Shown: piece by piece, positions 1 through 10,021 of the stretch
Position numbering within the stretch: position 1 is the stretch's first letter
Layout: each line of letters begins with the position of its first letter
From: a virus
IMG/VR virus record: IMGVR_UViG_3300037504_000888
Location: 39,265-103,264 of that record
DNA length: 64,000 bases
Direction: 5' to 3' (one strand)
Position numbers and translations under genes: made by a program
The notes under the pieces: model-generated
The model's database searches: none
The model's input: the letters and a program-made list of their open reading frames with translations, nothing else
What the model was told of the DNA's origin: nothing

Positions 1-2
1 TT

Positions 3-818
3 ACGCGTTTGCTCAAGTTGTCGCAGTCCATTGTGGGCGGTGGCGGCTACAACCAGGCTACCTTTGTCAGCGTCAACGGACCCTCTGGTACGGGCCCGTT
101 CAATGGTCTCAACAACGAGCCGGCGACGGTGACATGGATCACCCCCCATTTTTGGATGGGTGGGCAGAATGACTACCCGTTCTTTTATGGGCACGCTCCG
201 TACAACTCAGACGACCTGGATACGGAGTTCTTCAACCCGCCCTTCTTCTTGGCGGGTTCTCGGTATGAGAGTCACGGCCTTCCGTCGCCCAACGGACGAG
301 TCAATCAGGCGTTTTCCTGGGGTGGGTTTGACAAGAGAAGCGGTACCGCTCCGGATCGACGCGGCATCATGTACGGCGACGGTTCCCTCGAGTGCGTTCG
401 TGTAGCCGCCGACCTGCACTCGCTGGCACCAATACAAGACTTCATCAATTCGAGTGGCGACACAGCTACCCTAGACGCCTATCTCCAAGGTACCTACGCG
501 CAGTCGGAAACAGGGTTCAACGTTCACTGCAACGTTAACACCGGTGCAACCGGTACAGGTACTATCAACTTCAACTTCTACGCGGGCGGGCTTGCCACAA
601 TGCCCCTGGGTACTCGTTGTACGGTGACTTTGAACGTCACTGTCGACACCCTGGATGACCTCGTGCTCAACTGGGGTGGGGACATTCCCTTCCTCTTCAG
701 TGGAGGCGAAGACCAGGTGCCCCCGGATGTCGTGGGGGTGTACAAGTGGGAGGGCCTAGTCACCCTCGTTGGCAGTAGCGTCAGAACTTGGCTGATGACT
801 CGTACAGACTACATCTGA
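3..818 (+). CDS. Virion/tail-associated protein, 5'-truncated by the window edge
   Basis: Frame open to the window start; Gly/Thr/Asn-rich beta-strand composition; upstream of fibre-like genes. Confidence 0.45.
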   Translation, partial: TRLLKLSQSIVGGGGYNQATFVSVNGPSGTGPFNGLNNEPATVTWITPHFWMGGQNDYPFFYGHAPYNSDDLDTEFFNPPFFLAGSRYESHGLPSPNGRVNQAFSWGGFDKRSGTAPDRRGIMYGDGSLECVRVAADLHSLAPIQDFINSSGDTATLDAYLQGTYAQSETGFNVHCNVNTGATGTGTINFNFYAGGLATMPLGTRCTVTLNVTVDTLDDLVLNWGGDIPFLFSGGEDQVPPDVVGVYKWEGLVTLVGSSVRTWLMTRTDYI

Positions 819-825
819 GGATACG

Positions 826-2286
826 ATGAGCTCACACGCAGAGATTCAATCCCGTCGACTGGTACGACCTGAGACGGATCTTGTCAGTATCAGTAGTGGT
901 GGCACTTACGAGTGGGACCCCCGTAAGAGCGGGACGTTGAATGTCGTTACAACGGGAACCAATTACGCCCCGCTGGAGATCAACTTTCATCCGGACTACG
1001 TTCCCGTAAGAGGGGAGACGTTGCGCATCGAAGGCCGGGAAGGAGTTGTCGGTGGCTTCCTCTCTCAAGGCATGATCGACCTGCAGAGCATCGTGGTCTC
1101 GGAGTCTGGCCCACGTCCCCGGCAAAACTTCGGGGGTACGTTGGTGTATGGTCGAGTCAACTCGTCACCTGTTTCGGACCAATGGTTCTTCTACCCTGAC
1201 GTGGAGCCCCCCACCGCGGAAGACGTTGTCCGATCTCTGCACGCGTACTCCGTTATTGCTGATGGCATCTCCGCGGTAGCTCAGACTTTTGTGGGTCCCA
1301 CATTTCCTCTTCCGGACCAGGGGGAAATAGTCAAGTGCAGTATTGCTAACGACGCCACTCTCGACCTCACGTACTTGCAGCCCTTGTGGAGTACCCGCGT
1401 TACTAGTGATACGTGGGCCTACGGAAGTCCGAGCTGGGTCAACAACTGGATGCTGAGTGATGGTCGCACCTATTATGGTTGTCAGGCTGAAGGTTCGACG
1501 GGCACTCAGCTGGGTGGCTGGACGTCAGCAAGCTCCACCGGCTCGCAGTTTGGTGCGCATGCGTCCGCAGAAAGTGTCTGGGTGGTCGACACCGATACGA
1601 CGGACGCCAATGAAGTGGGCATTCTTCTTATTCTCCCTTCGGGTAGTGTGTCTATCAACCGGTCAACCGACGGTGGTTCCAACTGGACAGGTATCGCGGG
1701 ACTGTCGATTGGCACTGAGACAGTGACCGCTGTCATCCCTGACGTTAGAATCGGCGGAGGAAGGTCTGGCACCTTCTTCGTACTCACTGCAGAGGGCTCG
1801 GTCTGGTACTTCACAGGCGCAGGGGGTATCGGGAGCCCTTCGAACCATCAGGTAGTTGGTCCTACTGGAAGCGCCTTCCGGTGCGGAGTGTTCGACTCGT
1901 TCACTGGAGACGCCTACTTCGGAGGGGACGACGGGCAGGTCTACCGAGCCATCGGGGACGACTGGACAAACACAGCCAACTACGAGTCCACGGGCAACAT
2001 CAGCTCCGTTTACACCGTACGAGCGATGGCCTTCGCCGAGTCACGGCTACAACTGTACACGCTGCTCGGAAGAGATCGAGGAGGTTCGATCGGTGAGGAG
2101 GTCTTCGTCGCTCGTAGCGACACCAGAGCCATCTACTGGACGACCGCGCCCCTACACGCCTACTACGATGCCGCCGTTGTATACCCACCCCACTTGGACG
2201 CTTTCGGTGGTTACCTGTACCTTAGTATCCCACTACAGGCAAACGACCAACAACCGGTTCAGTTCTACCGGATGCTAGCGGTTTAG
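826..2286 (+). CDS. Tail fibre/receptor-binding-like protein with beta-propeller (BNR/Asp-box) region
   Basis: GAGGA RBS; Asp-box-like RSTDGGSNWT; repeated short beta-strand units. Confidence 0.5.
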   Translation: MSSHAEIQSRRLVRPETDLVSISSGGTYEWDPRKSGTLNVVTTGTNYAPLEINFHPDYVPVRGETLRIEGREGVVGGFLSQGMIDLQSIVVSESGPRPRQNFGGTLVYGRVNSSPVSDQWFFYPDVEPPTAEDVVRSLHAYSVIADGISAVAQTFVGPTFPLPDQGEIVKCSIANDATLDLTYLQPLWSTRVTSDTWAYGSPSWVNNWMLSDGRTYYGCQAEGSTGTQLGGWTSASSTGSQFGAHASAESVWVVDTDTTDANEVGILLILPSGSVSINRSTDGGSNWTGIAGLSIGTETVTAVIPDVRIGGGRSGTFFVLTAEGSVWYFTGAGGIGSPSNHQVVGPTGSAFRCGVFDSFTGDAYFGGDDGQVYRAIGDDWTNTANYESTGNISSVYTVRAMAFAESRLQLYTLLGRDRGGSIGEEVFVARSDTRAIYWTTAPLHAYYDAAVVYPPHLDAFGGYLYLSIPLQANDQQPVQFYRMLAV

Positions 2287-2295
2287 GAGGAGAAC

Positions 2296-2712
2296 ATGAA
2301 CAATCTGCTTGCTGAGTTCAGCCTGCTGGGGGTGTGCGCCCTGGCCGTTGCTATCGTCGTGCTCAGCGCCTTGGTGCGCAAGACGCTCGAGCTCATCTGG
2401 CCCTGGCTCTCCAAGGTCGAGGTGGTATCGAAGCAGCAGAGAGTGGCGGAGTATCACAACCAGGTGGCGCGCTTCTACAACGAGCTCGGCCTCTACGTGC
2501 TGCCCTACGTCATCGGCTCGCTCATCGCCATTGGCAAGATCACGTTCGTCTTTGGCTCCATCGAGACCTACGCAGGTCGGTGGATCTTCTCCATGCTCGT
2601 GGCGACATTCAGCGCTCTCTTCTACAAGAGCATCAAGAAGGCCATCCCGGGTCTGCTCGGTGTGCAAGTCGAGACCAGTGACAAGATCCTCGAGCTGCCG
2701 AAGAAGGAGTAG
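2296..2712 (+). CDS. Holin-like membrane protein (about 3 TM helices)
   Basis: AGGAGG RBS; 138 aa, three hydrophobic segments, charged C-terminus. Confidence 0.5.
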   Translation: MNNLLAEFSLLGVCALAVAIVVLSALVRKTLELIWPWLSKVEVVSKQQRVAEYHNQVARFYNELGLYVLPYVIGSLIAIGKITFVFGSIETYAGRWIFSMLVATFSALFYKSIKKAIPGLLGVQVETSDKILELPKKE

Positions 2713-2715
2713 CTC

Positions 2716-3099
2716 ATGCCCTTCTGGATGGTCCTAAGCATCTGGTGGGTGGAGAAGGCCGAGCCCTGGTTGAAGCGCAACTGGCATTGGATGGTAGCCG
2801 CCACGGGCGGCCTCGTGCTTTTCATCTTCGCCATCACCAAAAAGAGGCCCAAGGTCGAGATCGTTTCAACCGAGCTCTCGGGGGCCGACCAGGTGAAGCG
2901 GGACCTCGAGGAGCAGAAGCGCGCCGAGGAGGCCGTGCTCAAGGACGAGCGCGACTCCGACCTCAAGAAGGCCGAGGAGCAGCGTAACGACACCATCAGC
3001 GGTCTCCTTGAGGATCAAGAGGACCGTGCTGAGAGCCCGCCTGAAGGGGATTCTCTCACTGACTTCCTCAAGGACGTTGGGAAGGACGTGCGTAGATGA
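2716..3099 (+). CDS. Membrane-anchored coiled-coil protein (i-spanin-like)
   Basis: N-terminal TM (WMVAATGGLVLFIFAI) then charged helical domain; next to holin-like gene. Confidence 0.35.
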   Translation: MPFWMVLSIWWVEKAEPWLKRNWHWMVAATGGLVLFIFAITKKRPKVEIVSTELSGADQVKRDLEEQKRAEEAVLKDERDSDLKKAEEQRNDTISGLLEDQEDRAESPPEGDSLTDFLKDVGKDVRR

Positions 3100-3629
3100 A
3101 GTATGACGACGAGCTGCTAGCGACGCTGGAAGAGTTCCCCAGGTTCCGCATCAAGTTCAAGCACGAGAGCTGGTTCATGAAGCTCCTGAACGTGCTGCTG
3201 CTGATCGTCACTTTCGGTCAGCAGCGTGGGTTCATGACGCGGTTCATTACCACTATCGGTCGATACATGTGGGTTCCGAGGGATTGGGGGGAGTGGAACG
3301 ACAAGGGGCGTGCCCTCATCCTGCGTCACGAACGCGTTCATATGCGTCAGCAGGAGTCCTTGGGCATGGTTGTCTACGTGCTGACGTACCTCTTGTGGCC
3401 CATCCCCATACTCTGGGCAAATGGGCGCACCGAGCTTGAGATGGATGCGTACGAGGAGACGCTGCGGGGGTTCTATGAGTACTTTGGGGCTGCCGCTCTG
3501 CGTGACCCCGAGCTCCGCAAGAGCATAATCAAGCACTTCACCAGTGGCGACTACGCGTGGATGTGGGTGGGTCGTCGTCGCATCGAACGGTGGTACGACG
3601 ACGCCATTGCGCGGATTCTTGATCGATAG
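3096..3629 (+). CDS. HExxH zinc metallopeptidase-like membrane protein (DUF4157-like)
   Basis: LRHERVH motif plus downstream ELEMDAY third ligand; hydrophobic segments; ATGA overlap with upstream gene. Confidence 0.55.
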   Translation: MKYDDELLATLEEFPRFRIKFKHESWFMKLLNVLLLIVTFGQQRGFMTRFITTIGRYMWVPRDWGEWNDKGRALILRHERVHMRQQESLGMVVYVLTYLLWPIPILWANGRTELEMDAYEETLRGFYEYFGAAALRDPELRKSIIKHFTSGDYAWMWVGRRRIERWYDDAIARILDR

Positions 3630-3630
3630 C

Positions 3631-3639
3631 TGGTAGAAT
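3631..3639 (+). promoter_or_regulatory. Extended -10 promoter (TGgTAGAAT), probably leaderless transcript
   Basis: TGGTAGAAT ends 5 nt before ATG 3645; no Shine-Dalgarno in between. Confidence 0.45.
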
Positions 3640-3644
3640 GGGGC

Positions 3645-6521
3645 ATGTCCGAGTGGGACTCCTTTTTCAAACACGCTCGCGTCAAGACGAAGCTGAAGTC
3701 CCATCAGGAGCGCGTCGTCGAGCGTATGAAGAGCGAAGACCAGCCGGGGTTGGTCGTCGCTCATGGGCTTGGTAGCGGCAAGACGCTCACGTCCATTGCT
3801 ACGCAGGACGCCCTGGGCTTGCCCGCTACGGTGGCCGTCCCAGCGGCGCTGCAAGCGAACTACCGCAAGGAGATGGACAAGCACCTCGAAGGCACCAGCC
3901 CTGAGGCGTCCTTGACTACCTTGCAGCGCATCAGCCGCGCCGGCGACATCGGCCACGCCAACCCCATGTTGGTGGTCGACGAAGCCCACAAGGCCCGTGA
4001 GATCAACACGAAGACGTACAAGGCGTTGAAGAAGGGTATTGAGAATACCGACAAGCGGCTGCTACTCACCGCCAGCCCCTTCTACAACCGGCCGAACGAC
4101 ATCGCCCCACTCGTAAACCTGGCCGCCGGCGAGACCGTCCTCGAGGCGCACCCGACGGACTTCAAGAAGAAGTACGTCAAGGAGCGCGTCATCAAGCCAG
4201 GGCTCATCGGCAAGTACGTCAAGGGCGCGCAGCCCGGTGTTGTCGAGGAGCTGAATCCCAAACAGAAGGCGTTCCTCGAGGGCACCTTCCGTAAGTGGGT
4301 CGACTACCACCCGAACTCGACTGAGGGCTTCCCCGAGGTGAAGCGGCAGCAGGTCGAGGTGCCGATGACGCAGCGCCAGCTTCAGGCGTACGACGCCATG
4401 ATGGGTACGGCGCCGCCCTGGCTGGCACACAAGGTGAAGAAGGGCCTGCCACCCAGCAAGCAGGAGTCGAAGGAGCTCAACGCATTCATGAGTGCGGTGC
4501 GGCAGATCTCGAACACCACCCGTGGCTTCTCTCCTGAGGAGAAGCCGCAGGAGCCGAAGATCGAGACCGCCTTCAACCGCATGCAGGACACGCTGAAGAA
4601 GGACGAGGATGCCAAGGGGGTCGTCTACTCGAACTTCCTCGAGTCGGGGCTCAAGCCCTACAAGGAACGGCTGCAGAAAGCCAACATTCCGTTCGGTGAG
4701 TTTACCGGCGATATGAAGAAGAAAGAGCGTGACCAGCTCGTTCGGGACTACAACGAGGGTAAGAAGAAGGTCCTGCTCCTCAGTTCCGCCGGTGGTGAGG
4801 GGCTTGACCTAAAAGGCACACGGCTCATGCAGGTCATGGAGCCGCACTGGAATGCGGAGAAGCTCAAGCAGGTGGAAGGCCGCGGGATTCGCTTCAAGAG
4901 CCATGACCACCTGCCTCCGGAGAAGCGCAACGTCACAGTGGAGAACTACCTGGCGACGCGGCCTCCACGGAAGGGGCTCTCGAAGCTGGTGCTAGGCAAG
5001 GATAGCGGCGGCAGTTCCGACCAGTACCTACGGCAAATGAGCGAGGACAAAGAGAAGCTCATCAAGCAGTTCAGGAGCCTCATGGAAGACGACCAGGAGA
5101 AGACCTCTGCGGCGACCAAGTTGGTGAGCCCAGACCTCTTGGCGCTGCCACATAAATACGACCTGACACCAGGAAGTAGCTCCGCGAAGAAGGTAGATCA
5201 CATTGCTGAGGAGTTTGGAGAGTCCGGCTACGACATGGAACGACCACCGCTGGTGGGGTACGAGGTGGCGCCCGATGACATCCAGCTACTTGATGGAGGG
5301 CACCGCGCTCAAGCAGCTCAACGGGCGGGCATTGACGTGCCCGTGCTGGTGAAGTCTCGAGACGCTATGCTAGCGGCACGTGACACCCCCGAGTGGGAGG
5401 CGTTTGGGCACACCGACACCCCAGCCAAGGATCTGTTGAGCGATGGGAAGACAACTATGAACGCAGCCGACATCGTCAAGGAAGCCAAGACCCTCGGCGG
5501 CTTCTACAAGGGCAAACCGAGTTCTCCCGACACGGTGAAGAAGACCGTGGAGTTTCAGGGCCTGAAGATCAAGGTGGATCGCCCCAAGGGGTTCATCATG
5601 TTCGGTGAGGACTCCAAGGGAGAGGAGTGGAAACGCAAGTACAAGGTCGACTACGGCTTCATTCCCAAGACCGTGGGCGGCGACGGTGATGGACTCGACG
5701 TCTTCATTGGACCGAACAAGAAGAGCAAGAAGGCGTTCTGGGCCGTACAACGGAAAGACGATGGCACCTTTGACGAGTACAAGGTCTTCGTCGGCTTCGA
5801 CAACCGCGACGAGGCGGTGGCTTGCTATCGGGCGCACATCCCGAAGAAGTACTTCGGGAGGATGATCACTATGACGGTGGAGATGATGAAGGCAATGCTG
5901 GGGACCAACCCTGACGAGGTCGTTGAGGGTGTAAAGACAGCGGAGTGGGCTGGCTTTTTCGACGAGGTAAACAAGCTAGCCGCGCTGGTTCTCCCAAACA
6001 AGGCTCGGGGCTTCATGGGGCGTGCTGACGAGCTTTTGCAAGGGGGACGGGTGGGCAAGTTGAAGGACGTAGCAGAAGAGGCCGTGCGTACCGCCAGGCT
6101 GGTTGACCCCTCTACACAGGGAGGGGAGGCTGAGATCATGCGACGGGCGTTCGAAAACGTCGCCAACAAGGCCAAGAAGGAGAGCAGGTCTGAGGCACGC
6201 AAGGTGCTTGGTGCCCGCGCGGGCCTAACTACCGCCGTTGCGGGCACCGGTGTGGGTGCAGGTGTCGGCGGTGGGATGCTTCTCAAGAAGAAGCTGCAAC
6301 CTGGGGAGAAGACGGTGGAGGCTGCTTCCAAGTTGGCCGACTCCAGCGTCTTCATGGACGACCCTCGCATGGCGCAGCAGATGGCTATGATGCGTCGGCA
6401 GCAAGGCCACCCCGGCATGCCCCCGCCCATCACCAACCTCAAGCACCCTGGTAACAAGCACCTGAAGCTGGCGTTGCTCGAAGCCGCTATTCAGGGCACG
6501 GCGGGAGTCGGGAGTGTCTGA
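3645..6521 (+). CDS. Polyvalent protein: SNF2-family helicase + ParB/Srx-like domain + inorganic pyrophosphatase-like domain + Gly-rich tail
   Basis: HGLGSGKT, VVDEAH, LTASP, SAGGEGLDL, QVEGRGIR (SF2/SNF2); PPLVG...LLDGGHRAQAA (ParB); DYGFIPKT..GDGDGLDVF...DEYK (PPase-like). Confidence 0.8.
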   Translation: MSEWDSFFKHARVKTKLKSHQERVVERMKSEDQPGLVVAHGLGSGKTLTSIATQDALGLPATVAVPAALQANYRKEMDKHLEGTSPEASLTTLQRISRAGDIGHANPMLVVDEAHKAREINTKTYKALKKGIENTDKRLLLTASPFYNRPNDIAPLVNLAAGETVLEAHPTDFKKKYVKERVIKPGLIGKYVKGAQPGVVEELNPKQKAFLEGTFRKWVDYHPNSTEGFPEVKRQQVEVPMTQRQLQAYDAMMGTAPPWLAHKVKKGLPPSKQESKELNAFMSAVRQISNTTRGFSPEEKPQEPKIETAFNRMQDTLKKDEDAKGVVYSNFLESGLKPYKERLQKANIPFGEFTGDMKKKERDQLVRDYNEGKKKVLLLSSAGGEGLDLKGTRLMQVMEPHWNAEKLKQVEGRGIRFKSHDHLPPEKRNVTVENYLATRPPRKGLSKLVLGKDSGGSSDQYLRQMSEDKEKLIKQFRSLMEDDQEKTSAATKLVSPDLLALPHKYDLTPGSSSAKKVDHIAEEFGESGYDMERPPLVGYEVAPDDIQLLDGGHRAQAAQRAGIDVPVLVKSRDAMLAARDTPEWEAFGHTDTPAKDLLSDGKTTMNAADIVKEAKTLGGFYKGKPSSPDTVKKTVEFQGLKIKVDRPKGFIMFGEDSKGEEWKRKYKVDYGFIPKTVGGDGDGLDVFIGPNKKSKKAFWAVQRKDDGTFDEYKVFVGFDNRDEAVACYRAHIPKKYFGRMITMTVEMMKAMLGTNPDEVVEGVKTAEWAGFFDEVNKLAALVLPNKARGFMGRADELLQGGRVGKLKDVAEEAVRTARLVDPSTQGGEAEIMRRAFENVANKAKKESRSEARKVLGARAGLTTAVAGTGVGAGVGGGMLLKKKLQPGEKTVEAASKLADSSVFMDDPRMAQQMAMMRRQQGHPGMPPPITNLKHPGNKHLKLALLEAAIQGTAGVGSV

Positions 6522-7054
6522 TGAACCTGAAAGCCCTCATCGCCGTCCTTCTCATCCCCGCCACGACCTATGCCGGCGGGGATGACGTCGTCAAGCGCCC
6601 GGAGATTCCGGTGCCGCAACTCACACTGAAGTACGCCCCTGAGCCACTCATTCCAGTGCCCGACGGGGACGACAAGATCGAATTCGTGCGCCAGGGTGAT
6701 GAGGTCCCGTTCAGCGGCCAGCTCTTCGACCCGGCTACGGCGCTGCGCTGGGCTCACTACCTGCAGCAGGCCAAGCTCCGGCTCAAGGAAGACGTGGTAT
6801 ACGAGCGTCGCGTCTGCAACGCCCACCTCGACTACCTGGGCAGTCGGCTCGAGCTCGAGGTGGCCTACAGCGAGGCCGTGGAGAAGGACCTCCGCGCCCG
6901 CGTGTTGGATCTTGAGCAGCGAAACTCCGACATGCAGGAGGAGCTCCGTAGCCCACCCTGGCACAAGTCCAGAGCATTCGGCATAGCTATCGGAGTAGTG
7001 GGAACGTCGCTCGTCGCAGGCCTTAGTGCCTGGGCGGTCATCGAGTCTAGGTAA
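6521..7054 (+). CDS. Secreted coiled-coil protein with C-terminal TM (possible spanin-like lysis accessory)
   Basis: Signal-peptide-like N-terminus (MNLKALIAVLLIPATTYA), heptad region, C-terminal hydrophobic helix. Confidence 0.35.
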   Translation: MNLKALIAVLLIPATTYAGGDDVVKRPEIPVPQLTLKYAPEPLIPVPDGDDKIEFVRQGDEVPFSGQLFDPATALRWAHYLQQAKLRLKEDVVYERRVCNAHLDYLGSRLELEVAYSEAVEKDLRARVLDLEQRNSDMQEELRSPPWHKSRAFGIAIGVVGTSLVAGLSAWAVIESR

Positions 7055-7063
7055 GAGGTAACA

Positions 7064-10021
7064 GTGGCAATCAAGATCAAAGTAGATCAATCTGGAAAGC
7101 CAGTTGGTGTAGCGGGGCAAGCGCGCGAGGACCTCGATCTGGCTGCCGCTGTTACGCTTACAGCGGTCGACGGAGTAGCGGTTACGCAATACCAGTGGGA
7201 GGTTGTTTACGCTCCCCCAAACGAAGCGCTTACCGCCCCAAGTGGGTCGACGCTATCTGCCCCAACCGCCTCGAGTACGACGATCACGCCCGACAACAGG
7301 GGAACCTACTTGATTGATCTACAGGTCAATCAAGGCTTCGGACTTGGTGCTCGCGAGGATGACCGCGCGCGGATCACCTTCTACGCTGGCCCAGCTCTCA
7401 ACTCGGACCCGACGAAGCTCCCTAGGCGGCGACTTGCCGCTTTTGAAACGCGGGAACACAACGTTCCCGACGCGGTGGAGCCCGGAGGGAACGAAAACGG
7501 CTGGGCGCGCGAGTGGGAGAGATGGTTTCGTGCAGTCGAAGCGGCTTTGACAGCGCAAACCCCAACGCTGGCTAATTCCGTTCTGGCGTCGATCGATGGG
7601 GTGACCACTCTTTGGTCGAAGATCACGAATGCCATGGTCGATTCCGCCGCTGGGATCGAGTGGACGAAGTTTCTCGGGGTTGGAACCGAGATCTACGAGC
7701 CGTCAGGGTGGCCGCAGGCTGGCGAAGCGAATGACGCAAACGTAACCCTCAACTACGTGGAAGGGACGCGCACTCTCACACTGACCCACGCTTCGGACTA
7801 CTCGTTCTGGGCAGCAGGACAGCGCTTCACGAAGACGGCGAACGAGAGCATCGTCTGGCCCGACTTCAGCGGAACGCACTTCTTCTACTTCGACAACACG
7901 GGCGCGTTGCAAACCACGCAGAGTACGGACACGTGGATCAACGAAGCGATCGGTGGTGATGGTTGTCCGGTCGCAGCGCTGTACTGGAACGCGACCGAGG
8001 GCGAGGTCTTGTGGATGCTCGACGAGCGCCACGGGATGATGCCTGGCGAGACGCACAAGTGGGCGCATGAGGCAATCAGTGCACAATGGATCGAGGGTGG
8101 CGCGCTCAGTGGGTTCACGTTTGGAGACGGCTCTCTAGACGCACACGCTCAGTTCGACGTCGAGAACGTCATCATCCGCGATGAGGACATTCGCGTCAGT
8201 GTTGTCGCAGGTGACCCCCGCACGCAGACAATGAGCCCCGCCACGATGCGTGGTTACTTCAAGCTCGGCAGCGAGTGGAACTACAAGGACCCGGATGGCT
8301 TCGCTTGCTTGCAGGGAGGCGCGAGCTACCAAGGAGGGACTGTTCCGGCGGGTCGCCTGCGGTACAACGAGATCACGGGCGGTGTCGGGACGATTCCAGA
8401 AGTGCCGAACAACAACGCAGTTCTCGCTCACATCGGGGTGACGACAGAAGGCTCTGGCTATTCCGCTGACGGAAGCTCTACCAACTGGCGCCTCTTCTAC
8501 GTGGTGGGACAGGGTGCTTACGGCACCGTTGGCGACGCGAAGAATGCCGCCCTTCTCGAGCTGAACCAATTGCAGCTGGACGGCTTCCCGCTGGAAGAAG
8601 TCGTGTGGCTCGGAACGGTAGCGTTTCAAACGCGGAACACAGACGCCAATGCGGTGTCGGCACACCTGGAGCAGCCGGATGATGCGCTAGGGAATCCGGT
8701 GGACTACATCGACCAGCGCAACCCGAGCGGGCTTGCAGGTGGAGGAGGAGGCAGTGGCGGTGTCACCGACCACGGACTGCTCACGGGGCTATCAGATACC
8801 GCCGACCACACCTGGGCTCTGCTTGTCGATGGCACTCGACAGGCAACGTATCTCGACGCGCTGAACTACCTGACCATCGGTACGAATGCCGCTGCGAGCG
8901 GCGTAGTTCGAGTCGCGAATGCTGCGTACCACAAGGCACGCAACGCGGCGAACAGCGCTGACCTGAGTCTGCTGGGGCTCAACTCATCCGACGAACTAGA
9001 GCTTGGCGAATCTGGAGTCTCCAACATTACAGCTACCGCATCGACGGCGTTTCAGGCGTCTGTCGGTGGCGTCACCAGAATGATCGTTCAGGGCTCATTC
9101 ACGTCGTTCTACAGCAGTCTCTTGCTAGCTGGCGACTACGTGAGCATCGGAGTGAATGCGGCAACGACCGGAGCGCTCCGCCTGGTGAGCCAGGGGTATA
9201 TCAAGGCACGAAACGCTGCGAACAGCACCGACCTTACGCTCATTGGTCTGAACATCACCGACAGCATCGACATCGGCAGCACTAGCGTTTCGAACATCAC
9301 CAACTACTCATCCTCGTCGTGGCAAGCATTCGTAGGCGGAGGCACACGAGCGAACATTGGATCGTCCGAAGCCACGTTCTACACGAACGTCAAGCTCGGA
9401 AGCACCTACATCTCAGTTGGACCTGCGGCAGCAGCGAGTGGACCTGTTCGCATAGAGCAAGCGAGCTACCTTACCTCACGGAACGCTGGGAACACGGCAG
9501 ACATCGAGCTGATCGGCGTTGCAGCGTCCGATGTCGTTACCCTTGGCACTTCAACCGCTGGAGGCTTCAAGGCGTTCGTGGGGGCAGGCGGTAGCTCGGC
9601 GGTGTTCGACATCGGCGGTGCATCAATCCTCACGCTCACCGAGACCACGGCCGAGTTCGCGTTCAGTGGCGGCAACATCAACCTCGGTGTGGGCTTCATT
9701 TCCGTTGGTCCGTCGCCCGCGCAAAGCGGAGGGTTGCGACTACCCAATGCGGTATGGGTCAAAGCTCGCAACGCTGCGAACAGCGCCGACCTCACAATCA
9801 TCCGCCTCAATTCGAGCGATCAAGTTGAAGTCGGGCCAACGGGAGACGCAGCACTGGAGACCATGAGCGATCGAGTGCACATCTACAAGTTTCTCCAGCT
9901 CTCATCCGTCACCCCACCGTCAGGCACGCCGAGCGGTAGTGATTGGTGGTTCTATGCAGCGTCGGACGGCTTGCACGCGGTGAGCCCTAGTGGAACGGAC
10001 ACAATCATCGCGTCCATCTGA
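7064..10021 (+). CDS. Tail fibre protein with four ~90-aa internal repeats
   Basis: 985 aa Gly/Ala/Ser/Thr-rich; DHGLLTGL..DH fibre motif; ARNAANSADL-type repeat x4. Confidence 0.7.
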   Translation: MAIKIKVDQSGKPVGVAGQAREDLDLAAAVTLTAVDGVAVTQYQWEVVYAPPNEALTAPSGSTLSAPTASSTTITPDNRGTYLIDLQVNQGFGLGAREDDRARITFYAGPALNSDPTKLPRRRLAAFETREHNVPDAVEPGGNENGWAREWERWFRAVEAALTAQTPTLANSVLASIDGVTTLWSKITNAMVDSAAGIEWTKFLGVGTEIYEPSGWPQAGEANDANVTLNYVEGTRTLTLTHASDYSFWAAGQRFTKTANESIVWPDFSGTHFFYFDNTGALQTTQSTDTWINEAIGGDGCPVAALYWNATEGEVLWMLDERHGMMPGETHKWAHEAISAQWIEGGALSGFTFGDGSLDAHAQFDVENVIIRDEDIRVSVVAGDPRTQTMSPATMRGYFKLGSEWNYKDPDGFACLQGGASYQGGTVPAGRLRYNEITGGVGTIPEVPNNNAVLAHIGVTTEGSGYSADGSSTNWRLFYVVGQGAYGTVGDAKNAALLELNQLQLDGFPLEEVVWLGTVAFQTRNTDANAVSAHLEQPDDALGNPVDYIDQRNPSGLAGGGGGSGGVTDHGLLTGLSDTADHTWALLVDGTRQATYLDALNYLTIGTNAAASGVVRVANAAYHKARNAANSADLSLLGLNSSDELELGESGVSNITATASTAFQASVGGVTRMIVQGSFTSFYSSLLLAGDYVSIGVNAATTGALRLVSQGYIKARNAANSTDLTLIGLNITDSIDIGSTSVSNITNYSSSSWQAFVGGGTRANIGSSEATFYTNVKLGSTYISVGPAAAASGPVRIEQASYLTSRNAGNTADIELIGVAASDVVTLGTSTAGGFKAFVGAGGSSAVFDIGGASILTLTETTAEFAFSGGNINLGVGFISVGPSPAQSGGLRLPNAVWVKARNAANSADLTIIRLNSSDQVEVGPTGDAALETMSDRVHIYKFLQLSSVTPPSGTPSGSDWWFYAASDGLHAVSPSGTDTIIASI

